Shown here: positions 39,921-51,184 of the stretch, in pieces
How positions within the stretch are numbered: position 1 is the first letter of the stretch
How the letters are laid out: each line of letters begins with the position of its first letter
Assembly (NCBI GenBank): GCA_964016885.1
Contig: OZ024758.1
Coordinates: 2,480,001-2,544,000 of the forward strand
Reading direction: 5' to 3'
Source of the DNA: Eledone cirrhosa
Lineage: Eukaryota
Length of the DNA stretch: 64,000 nt
The notes under the pieces: generated by a model
Told to the model about the DNA's origin: nothing
The model's database searches: none
Seen by the model: only the letters and a program-made list of their open reading frames with translations
Program-made: the position numbers and the translations under genes

Positions 39921-40633
39921 GTGTGGATATGTGCAGGTTTCTTTCTCAATACGAATTCATGGGATAGTTTTATTGTCTTCCTCCATTCTGCTGTAAAGGG
40001 GTAACATCAACTCTAATAAAAACCTGCTGAAGACATTGCCTGCATTAACAAAAATTATTAGTTTTCACACGATAGCTAATAATACGTTTTTTGATATACA
40101 TCTTAACTTTCAGTTGCATTGAACAGGATCTTTCTGACGGTGTCCGAGTTGAATTCTACATAAGCTTCTCATTGAATCAATAAACCAGTGAAAGCTAATG
40201 TAAAATAAGTACATTTATAGGAAACCATGTCCGAGGAGATCAATTTAAATATTGAAATGAATGGATTTCAGTATCTTTATTGGGACGTCTCTAGGGGATG
40301 TGCAACATCAAATAGAAATAAAAAAGACTTTAATAGATTTTTGCGTTGACAATTCTAACGTGATTCATTTTTTATTGTTGATAGAAAACTGTCACAGAAA
40401 AATATAGTCAATAACTCATCCTCCGGGGAAACGCCTTCTCCATTCTGTCCGCCGGAGCTGTGGGGAGGCCAGCACGTGGGACCCCGTTTGCTCATCATAC
40501 AGAGAAATAGGGAGGGCGAGAGTGAAGGAGCGATCACAGTGGGAGTTTGACGCCAGTTGCAGACTGCGCATCTACATGAGATATTTTTCTCCACAAAGTT
40601 CGATCACCAGCAGCATTAACATGAAATATATAA

Positions 40634-40685
<52 letters not shown>

Positions 40686-40766
40686 GTTATTCCGGGTTGA
40701 ATCGGAGGTAACCACAGTAAGTAAGGTACTCAATACATTGCAGAGTATAACAGTTTTAATATAGAT

Positions 40767-40819
40767 GAGATTCTACAGGACTAGAACTGTTTCATTCTTT
40801 AGAAATCATCAGGAATCCC
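40767..40819 (-). ncRNA. Hammerhead ribozyme (type I) inside a 59-bp-arm palindrome
   Basis: Minus strand: GGGATTC-CTGATGA-TTTCTAAAGAAT-GAAA-CAG(TTCTAGTC)CTG-TA-GAATCTC; 7-bp stem I, GUA cleavage triplet. Confidence 0.72.
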
Positions 40820-41469
40820 TGATGATTTCTAAAGAATGAAACAGTTCTAGTCCTGTAGAATCTCATCTATATTAAATATATATATATATATATATTATGA
40901 AGAGAGAAGAAACATTTAGATATAATTAGTAATAAAATGTATCATACCTAAACTGCTCCTAAATTCCTCGACTACGTAGTTTCGTGGCATAAACAAAAAC
41001 AATATATCATAAAGATATAGAGTCCTTGCGAGGTCTGCCGACTTATCAAGAGGATACCTCATTTTACTAGTCTCAAGAACGCGTCTACACGACGTGAGAA
41101 AGAATCCCAAAAGGCGGAGGGGGAGATAGTCACGCGATATAACGGTCGAGAAACAGAGCTAAGCCTCTTATAACCCCGAAGAAAATACCACGGAGGCGGA
41201 GGGGGTATTTATATCGAGGCCGTAGAAGAGGTGGTGAAGAAGGCGAGAAGTATGAGTAATGGAAGCCTTCCAGCCGCCCCCACACTCCAAAGGTTGCTCG
41301 ACCAGAGGGAGTTATTAACAATATATTTAGAAACACACAGATACATGCGGACACACACATATATACATGAATGCATCCGCACCCAACTGTGAGTTAAGGG
41401 TGCCAACTTCACCGATGTTGCTCAATGAATGACTGGGACAGACCAATTCAGTTGAACTAGACTGAACCA

Positions 41470-41512
<43 letters not shown>

Positions 41513-41823
41513 CATTCAAAATAGGACAAACACAGGACAAAGACAATGGAAAAAACAACAGAAAGAAGGACAGTTTCATCTCCTCAATCAACCTCTGGAA
41601 ATTACTACAGTTTCGGTGTATATATTATAGATGTCTAGTTAACTTCCTGGAGAACTTTTTCGCATTCAGGAAAGTTAACCAGGAATCTTTAAAAATCTCT
41701 CCACCGAAGTTAACAAAGAACTTACTAGATCTACAAAACCAAATTGTAAAATTATAATATTATAAAATTAAATTAAATTGTTTAGAACTACAAATGAAGT
41801 CATTCTTTCCCTTTTTTAAATTA

Positions 41824-41927
<104 letters not shown>

Positions 41928-42039
41928 ATATATATTATATATAGTATATATATATATATGTATGTTTTGCCTTTTGTCGTGGACGCTACAGCGGTGCCGC
42001 TCGCCATATTCTGCGCCTGCCCGACGAACGACACTCGAA

Positions 42040-42200
42040 AACAGCAATGAACTGGACTCCACCTGTCAGTAAAGGGAGGCGGGGTTGCCCCAGGATCACC
42101 TGGCGACCAACGTTCGGAAAAGACCTGATGGCGGCCAACATCAGTTGGCATGGACGCGAAAAAGCCACCGTTGAACGTGACCGTTATGTAGACTTATACA
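42040..42200 (+). mobile_element. RTE-like LINE 3' fragment
   Basis: MNWTP...GRRGCPRITWRPTFGKDL...ISW. Confidence 0.6.
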
Positions 42201-42629
42201 ATCTAAGGCTACGGTTACCAGGAGAGGAAATATGTTTCTAATTATTGGAGGTAATTTCAGAAATATGAAATTATTTCACTTTTAGGAAAACATGATCACT
42301 TTATCACGTGTTTAATTTGAAAACGATAGCCATAAATTTATAGTGAATTCGAAATTCAATCGTATCAATATGAAACATTACACTTAATTCATTTTCATAT
42401 CTATTTAAAATTTAGAATTCCAATCATATTCAAATTTCAGTTTGATAAATTTTATCTGACATTCTAATTGTAGATCGATCACCTTATCTGATGAACCAAT
42501 CAGGGAGAAGGTGTCTGAGATTGCTACCAATCAAATCACATCATCATAATAAAGGAAAGACACATTAGATAATGTACTCCTAGATATACTGTACCAGTAA
42601 AAAAATATACGATGGGATGATCATGACTG

Positions 42630-42968
42630 AAAGGCAAAGCTAACCTCGGTGAGATTTGAACTCAGAACGTAACGGGCTGCAACTTTATGCTACAAAGAAT
42701 GATGTCTGATACTCTACCGATACTGCCTATCCCCCACCCCACGGGGCATTAGATAATGATTTCTAGTATAGGCACAAGGTCAGTTATTTGGGAGGAGGGG
42801 GAAAGTCGAATAAGTGTATTACTGGTACTTTATTTTATCGACCCCGTAAGGATGAAAGGCAAAGTCAACCTCATAACCTCAGTGAGATTTGAACTCAGAA
42901 CGTAAAGGTTCAAAACCTTATCCTACAAATCATGGTGTCTGATGCTCTACGGATTCTGCCAATCCACC
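42630..42968 (-). mobile_element. Two adjacent diverged SINE copies (same family)
   Basis: gatttgaactcagaacgtaa twice; ttatcgaccccgtaaggatgaaaggc. Confidence 0.7.
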
Positions 42969-43661
42969 AACCCCCAGGGACATTATATAATAAAATATAT
43001 CGAATATTATACACGAAAAGACCACTGACTATATTTTCTCGTTGGCATTTATTAATATTATGATTGAATATATATTCTGAAGAGATATTTATTAATAACA
43101 TGACAGTTCAGAACTGTGTTTTAATATTAATATTCAATTCGGATGATCGTCTAGATTGAATATAAAGTTGTACTACCAAAGGGATGTTGTTTGAATATAA
43201 CGTTTGAACAGTCCATACTAGTCATTTTTATAAAGGTTTATATGTTTAAATGAACCAATTTATGTTCTCGTCGTTCCTCTTGTGATAAATACACAACGTT
43301 AGTATTTATATCTTGTGACTGCCAGAAATATGTTACCGTGTCCAGGGTAAAAAAGAAAAAAAACAAATGAAAGAAAATACATATTTATTTTGTATTTACT
43401 GTAATCTATCATTTCATCTATATCATTCGATGTATCGATATATCGATATATCGATATATTTTATTACATCATTGCTTACACTCACACGCATGCATATACA
43501 TGTACACACATGTACACACACTGGCACATACACATGCACACACATTCATATCTTTATACACACATACTTATGTATATATATATGTATATATATACATATA
43601 TATATATACATACATACATATAAATGCATTTATATATATAGGTACATACAGACATACACAG

Positions 43662-43729
<68 letters not shown>

Positions 43730-44195
43730 ATATACATATATATATATACATACATACATACATACATACATACACACATAGGTAGCTATATCTCTCAGGA
43801 TTACACAAAGATTCCGTCTAGAAAATTTCTACTACAAACAGTAACGGCTGTAAAATGGTATCTCAATTGTTAAGTTAACTCAACAAGATATGACTTAGAG
43901 TTTTCGTTCTCTCCCCTTCTCTCTGTCTCCTCTCTCTATCTATATCTTTCTCTCTCTGTTGTTTTGGTATCTCTCTCTCTTTTCTCTCTTTTTTATTTCT
44001 TTCTCTCTTTTTCTCTCTCTCCTTCTTTTTCTTTTTCTTTCTCTATAACCCAACGGCTTATTTTAAAAATAAAAATATCCAATACTAATAATAATATAAG
44101 TAAACAACTCCACTATCCGGGAGCTTCCAACAGTAATGGTTGCATTTTTTAAGGGTATGTCAATATTTATTTATAAAACTGATCTATATTATATT

Positions 44196-44250
44196 TTGTC
44201 TGATGAAAGCACACCATAATTTAACTTGGTGTCCTTGAAATATGTATAAT
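44196..44250 (+). ncRNA. Degenerate minimal hammerhead motif
   Basis: CTGATGA-AAGCACACCA(loop)TGGTGTCCTT-GAAA-TATG-TA; stem I imperfect. Confidence 0.45.
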
Positions 44251-44361
44251 GAAATAAATATGGTTTTATAAATATAGTTTCCATTTGTTAATATCGTATA
44301 TGGGTTCAGATCTAGGTGTCGAAAGGGCCGGAGCTCAGCCGTCGGGGTGTGACTCTTTTCC

Positions 44362-44395
<34 letters not shown>

Positions 44396-44588
44396 AGTGG
44401 AAGCTTAGTAAAATCGAAGCTTTGGCTGTGGCCAAGCAAAGTCGACCTACAATAGGAATGAGTAGCAAAGCACTCAATAAGGGTAGGTCCTTAGAGTAAT
44501 AACATGCGTTTAAATAGCTTGACAAATTGAACATTGTGGTAGGCAAAACCCAACCACACAATACCAAAGTAACGAGAGAACTAACAGG

Positions 44589-44661
<73 letters not shown>

Positions 44662-45239
44662 ATATTATTTTTTATTATATATAAATTTACGATTTTATTT
44701 ATTATATATTATTTACAATTTTGCCTGTAGGCAGGTCTCTCTGGAAATAATTGTGGGGGCGCTGAGGGTATTACGTGGCCATGAGAAGGGAGCGGTGGTC
44801 CTGAAAAGTTTGAGAACCTCTGGGTTAAGTCATTCGCCATATTGTCGGCCGTGGCAACGAAACATTAGCATGAAACGCCGCGATTCCTTTCCCTTATTAA
44901 TAGACCAATACTTTAGATAGGACAACTTATTACGCAGTAACAATACAGAAAAATGGCTGCAAAAAATATATATAAAATAACAAACAATACGAATATAACA
45001 GAATGTAAAAATACGTAGAGAAAACTAAACTCGATAAATAATCAATTAAATGTTAATAAATTAGTGAGAATAATTAAAAAGAAAAATAATATTTAGAGTG
45101 AAAATAATTCCTGTTTTGTTTTCTTCCTGATTTTTCCAAATCATAACAGAGCCATTTTCATTTAATTTACTTTTATTAATTAATTTACTTATTCATAAAC
45201 TTTGATTATGTTTTGTATTTACTATCCAAAACAACACTG

Positions 45240-45279
<40 letters not shown>

Positions 45280-45471
45280 CGAAGGAAATGTGGTAAGGAA
45301 CCAGGTGGACCATAACGCACCAAAGTACTCAATACTTAGGGTAGATTGTGGGTAATAGGAACGAGTAGGACCCCGACGGCTGAGCTCAAGCCGTTTCGAC
45401 GGCCAATTCTGGACTCAGAATTAACCGTCGAAACGGCTTGAGCTCAGCCGTCGGGGTCCTACTCGTTCCTA

Positions 45472-45502
<31 letters not shown>

Positions 45503-45523
45503 TTTGGTAGAAATAGTTCCAGA

Positions 45524-45589
45524 ACAGTTAGTTCACCACACCAAGAACAAATGTTTCACCTTATTCGGATCCTCAGCTAAACTAACTGT
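45524..45589 (-). ncRNA. Hammerhead ribozyme motif with extended stem I
   Basis: Minus: ACAGTTAGTT-TAG-CTGAGGA-TCC(GAATAA)GGT-GAAA-CATTTG-TT-CT...AACTAACTGT. Confidence 0.55.
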
Positions 45590-45665
45590 ACTTCTATATA
45601 TATAAATATATATATATATATATCTCCCCTACACACCCTTTGAACTCTGTTCCCACACACTTCCC

Positions 45666-45697
45666 ACCTGAGGAAGGGCTTATGCCCGAAACGTCGT
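45666..45697 (+). ncRNA. Minimal hammerhead ribozyme core
   Basis: AC-CTGAGGA-A-GGGC(TTAT)GCCC-GAAA-CG-TC-GT; palindromic ACGT stem III, GUC site. Confidence 0.65.
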
Positions 45698-45785
45698 CCC
45701 CCACCAACACCCCACTCTCAAGAGCGTGAAATTAATAAACATTTGTTGTACTGCCTCTCTGTCTTGTCCCTGTTCAAATGTTTCC

Positions 45786-45852
<67 letters not shown>

Positions 45853-45857
45853 GTATA

Positions 45858-45913
<56 letters not shown>

Positions 45914-45946
45914 CACACACACACATATATATATATATGTGTGTGT

Positions 45947-45992
<46 letters not shown>

Positions 45993-46380
45993 CCCGGGTT
46001 CAATCGGGGGTAACCACAGTAAGTAAGGTACTCAATACATAACAGTATAGATATTTAATACACAAATGGCATCTACAGAACTAGAACTGTTTCATTCGAA
46101 GGAAATCATCATGCTTTCTTTCGAATGAAACAGTTCTAGTCTTGTAGAAGGCATTTCTATATTATAGATATATATATTTATATCTATATATCTATGTATG
46201 GATATATTTACAAATACACACGCATATGCATACACATACACGCCACCACGCAGATATACATAAGTGCCTATATGTATATACAAGTTAAAATAATATATGT
46301 ATACACACACACACATATATATATTTATACGCACATAATATATGAACAAATAAATAAATAAATAAATATATATATATATA

Positions 46381-46425
<45 letters not shown>

Positions 46426-47037
46426 ATGTATATATGTACATATATATATGTATAATATATACGCATCTATCTATCTATATATATGTATATATATACGTAC
46501 AGATATATTTATGTATATATATGTGTGTGTGTGTGTGTATTATATATGTCCACCTACATTCTCACACACACATTCTCACACACACATTCTCACACACACA
46601 GATACACACAGAGACACATACACACGTATATATATATATATGTAGTCACAATTAATCTCCTCTGTACACTAAGAAAGTAAGAAACGCGGCTGGTGCCAGC
46701 AAAGTTTAACTGGATATTAATTGGAACGTCAATTTCGTTATAACATTTCTGATTATAGAAATGAGCAGCGTTGTAATCTATATTATAATGATTGTAAAGC
46801 AGTTTTTGTCTGTCTGTCACATGAAACATTTTATATAGAATTCATGAAACAATTAAAGGAAACGTAAAAATCTTCTTAATGGCAAAAAATTGACTTCGTC
46901 AATTTCTCTTTCTTGTCTTGCTCATGTTCTTCTTACCCCTCTTGCTCTTTATACACCCCCCCATACACACACAGACACACACACACACATACGCACGCAC
47001 GCATACACGCGTACACACACACACACACACGCATACA

Positions 47038-47119
<82 letters not shown>

Positions 47120-47214
47120 TTAAGGCCCTGTCGCCGAAGTCTAGGACTCACTGGAGAACTACAACATGAGACTTATGACTGGCAAGTGACTCAGCGACCG
47201 AATCTGTATCAGTG

Positions 47215-47501
47215 AGCAGCTCAACATTACCAAACTTAGACCAATTACATCAATTGTCAAGTCAAGACTACTCAAACTATACGGTCATATAAAAAGATAA
47301 ACTGGTGGTGTGAGTAGGTCATGCCTGGAAGGAAGGTTGACTGGTAAGAGAAGCAGAGGCCGGCAGTTAAAACGATGGCTTGACAATGTCAACTTATGGA
47401 CTGGACTTGATCTTTGCTCTTTAAACACTGCTGCTGGTGATCGAACTTTGTGGAGAGAGATATCACATGGTGATGCGCAGTCTGCAACTGGAGGAGTTTA
47501 G
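47215..47501 (+). mobile_element. RTE-like LINE 3' fragment
   Basis: SIVKSRLLKLYGHIKR*...LEGRLTGKRSRGRQLKRWLDNV...AAGDRTLWREI. Confidence 0.7.
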
Positions 47502-48215
47502 CGTCACAGGAGAGGAGAGAGAACTCTACCAACTCGACCCTCTCAGGAAGAAGAAGAAGAAGAAGAAGAAGAAGAAGAAGAAGAAGATATAAATTCCCTC
47601 GTTGCTATTGTTGTTTTATTTGCTGTTTTGGTTTGTTTATGTTGTTGTTTGTCCCAAGAAACATCACATTCAACCTCCACCAATATAAGATCCTTCAACC
47701 AAGAAAGGGAGATTTCTCTATCGGAAAGAAGACCACACATTTTGCGCAGAGAGGGTGATGGTGGTGGTATAATTTATTATATCTAATCCAGTATTTGACT
47801 GCCACTTTATCTAAACAACCTTGAAATACTGAAAGGTTCCATTGGCACCTGCAAGATTTGATTTCAGTTCAATGTAAAGAGAGTTAACAAAATACCGCAA
47901 GGAATTTTGTCCAGGGACGTCCTGTTACTGATAATTTACTGTTTGGAAGAGAAAAAAGCTTTTAATATAGGCATAAGATGCCATAAGACCCCACAAGACC
48001 CCTAAATTTATAGAAGACAGTTACAATGGCGGTTATTGTTAAAGTGTGTGGCTGGGATGGTAGGGATCAGTTTCATGACTTAATTATGTTAATCTCGCTC
48101 TCTTTCTCTCTCTCCACTCTCCCTCTCTGTATCTCTCTCTCTCCGTGTTTCTCTCTCTGTTTCTCTCTCTCTCTGTCTCTCCACACTGAAGACAGCTTCT
48201 CTGTTAATGTCTCTC

Positions 48216-48257
<42 letters not shown>

Positions 48258-48349
48258 ACTCTCTCTCTCTGACTCTCTCTCTCTGTCTCTGTCTCTCTCT
48301 GACTCTCTCTCTCTGACTCTGTCTCTCTGTCTCTCTCTCTGACTCTCTC

Positions 48350-48385
<36 letters not shown>

Positions 48386-48768
48386 GAAAACAGTTTCTAT
48401 GTCAATCTCATTCTCCCCCTCTCCTCCCTCCCTCTCTTCATCCCCCCCTCTCCCTACTAAAGACACATCTTCTATGTAGTGACTGAAGAACAACAATTTG
48501 GCATTTTTAAAGCAAACAAAACTCTCGTTTATTTCAACCCAGCGATTCTTCGTACAGCTATAAAGTATATCAGCTTACAGTCCCCCCTTACAGCTAAGTA
48601 AACTCGTATCAGATAAACCAAACCAAGGATAAAAGCAATCCATGTCTAGAAAAAATTTATACATGGTAGGAATAAATAAAACAAAAAGAAAACGAATTAT
48701 ATTTTACGTTTTTCTCGAAGAATCCCTTTGAAAATGTTATATTTTCACCTTTACTGATGTCACTCAAA

Positions 48769-48953
48769 CGGTGGATTGGCAATATCGGTAGAGGGTCGGA
48801 CGTTATGCTTTGCAGCATAGAGTTACCGCCTTTTATGATCTGAGTTCAAATTCCGCCGAGGTTAACTTTGCCGTTCATCCTTACGGGGTCGATAAAATAA
48901 AGTACCAGATTTAATCGACTTTCCCCTCCCCCCCCAAATTGCTGGCCTTGTGC
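48769..48953 (+). mobile_element. SINE (same family)
   Basis: Full head + core. Confidence 0.78.
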
Positions 48954-49306
48954 CTTTATAAGAAACCATTATTTTACGGCCACCAGCTCCAGTTTAGTCC
49001 GATTCTATTTCATTCTTTTAAATATAACGGGCAAAACCAACCGACAGGAGACCCAGGGGTAGACCCCGAGCAAGATGGTTGGATAACACCCATGAGCTTG
49101 GCTGGTCTTGATTGGGGATCCAGCTCGGATCAATTGTAGATGGCTGCTTATGACAGCACCCTCTCAGAAATAAGTGGGCGAAGAGGGTCATATTGTTATA
49201 ATATTGCCAGAAATATATAATAAAAGAAACTAACTGATGATGTCAAAGGTGTGTGACGAAAGAACTCTGAGAGATGTATATATATATGTATATATATATG
49301 TATATA

Positions 49307-49338
<32 letters not shown>

Positions 49339-49393
49339 GCGGCGATGAATTAGTTTTGCGAGGTTTTTTATATGAAATCGTGTGTCGAAACAG

Positions 49394-51184
49394 ATATTGT
49401 TATATTTGGGGAGGGTCATATTTGCGTAATATTGCCAGAATTAATAACAGAACACACTCACTGTTTGGTTGGTTTTCGCTTCTCGCTGTCTTTTATATAT
49501 ATATATCTGCGATCTAACTTACTCGGTCCTCAATGTTGCCATTGACTGACCGGCGGTCAAAAATAATACAGATACAATATAGACAAACACATATATATAT
49601 AGTTTACATAAATCTTTCGTTGCACATCTGCAACATCGTCAGTGGTGTTATATTCATTGTTCCTCCTGTTGTGTTGTATGTCTACGCCATTTTTTTTGTT
49701 CAGTCTGTCTATATATTTATTTATTTATTTGCTTGTTTGTTTATCTTATTTTATTTTGTCTTCTTTGCGCATGCGTTTGCGTGTGTGTATAGTGTTATGT
49801 GTGATGTGTGACTAGTGTGTATCGTGTTGTGTCTGCTGGGTGACTAGTGTGTGTTTATGTGCTTGTGTATGTATTTATTTATCTTATTTTATTTAATTTA
49901 ATTTACTTATTTATTTATACTTCTCTTAGGTCAGTGTTGTTTGTTTGGGTGTTGTTGTTGTTCCACTCATTCTTTCTGTTTAGCTTTGGTCTTCTAATTT
50001 CTATTTCACTGGCCTCTCTGATTTGCCTATCTGCTGGGTCATTCCTATGTTTAGATATTATTCTAATTTCTATGTTGTCTATGTTACCGTCATGATGTTG
50101 TCTAGCATGTTCGTATAGTACTGACCCGTTTTTTCGTCCTTTTAGTTCCCCCCAGTGTTGGTCTATCCTTTCACCTATGCTACGAGCTGTCTCACCTATG
50201 TATGTTGTTGTCGTGTTTCTGCAAGTACCCTCTGTACATCTTATGCTATAGACTACGTTTCTAGTTTTACAGTTTATCCGGGGGTTCACCTTACATATGA
50301 TACATTTCCTATTGGTACAGTGGGTTTTCTTAAAAGGGTAGGTTTTGCTGATCAGGGATTTTATGGTGGTTCCTGGCTTTTCTACCACCTTTATTTTTAA
50401 GTGGGTCTTTCTCAGGGCCTTTCTACACTGGTTAGCTAATTTCCCTCCAGGGGTGGCGTCCACAAACATGACACTCTGATATCTCTGGTTGTCGTACCAT
50501 GATGTGGCCTTCCCTATCTTATGTCTAGCCCTATCTAAGCTATTCCATGATTTGCTCCTGTATAGTGGGCAAATTCCTTTCATGTCCAGTTCTATGAGGG
50601 TCTTATACTTTTCCATGGCTCCTTCGTATACTCTGACTCTGTCTCTTTGGTTGTAGCCAGAGAACTGCATGCGGTTGATGAAGTGTTGGATGTGTCCTTC
50701 CATTTCTGTTGGGTCGCACATGCTGGACACATTCTTCATCACTCGTACCAAATCTGCGATCAGAATATTAAACTTAGCACTACTGGACATTGCTGAGTTT
50801 TTGAGTATCAGGTATTTGGAGGCCATGGGTTTAGCATAGTGTGAGTGGAGAATTTGGGCTCTCTCGTCTATAGTGTTAATCCAGAGTTCTGTGTCTAATA
50901 CAGGTAGTCTATTGTTAGGGTGTTTGGAAGGGAAGTCTATAGTTACAGTTATACTCTGGTGTATGGAATTAGCTATCTGCTGGATGCTTTCCATCGTGCT
51001 ACGTTCTAAATCAAACTTGTTAGTGCTCTCTAGTGGGGGTGTTCTTATAACTATATTGATATCGTCTACATAACGAGAGTACATGATGAGGTCTATGGAG
51101 CTTTCATTAAGGAGATCTTTAAGTCTCCTTTCCCACCATACCATGAAAAGGTTGGCAACATCGCCAGCTATGCTGACGCCGATG
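49394..51184 (-). repeat. Left arm of 1,791-bp inverted repeat (pairs with 53305-55095)
   Basis: Mirror ORFs have identical translations and coordinate sum 104489; boundaries checked by eye. Confidence 0.93.
49915..51184 (-). pseudogene. Inverted partial copy of the Penelope ORF (RT C-terminal half + GIY-YIG)
   Basis: Translation identical to the C-terminal ~422 aa of 51083..54574 (IGVSIAGDVANLFM...DLREV). Confidence 0.9.
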
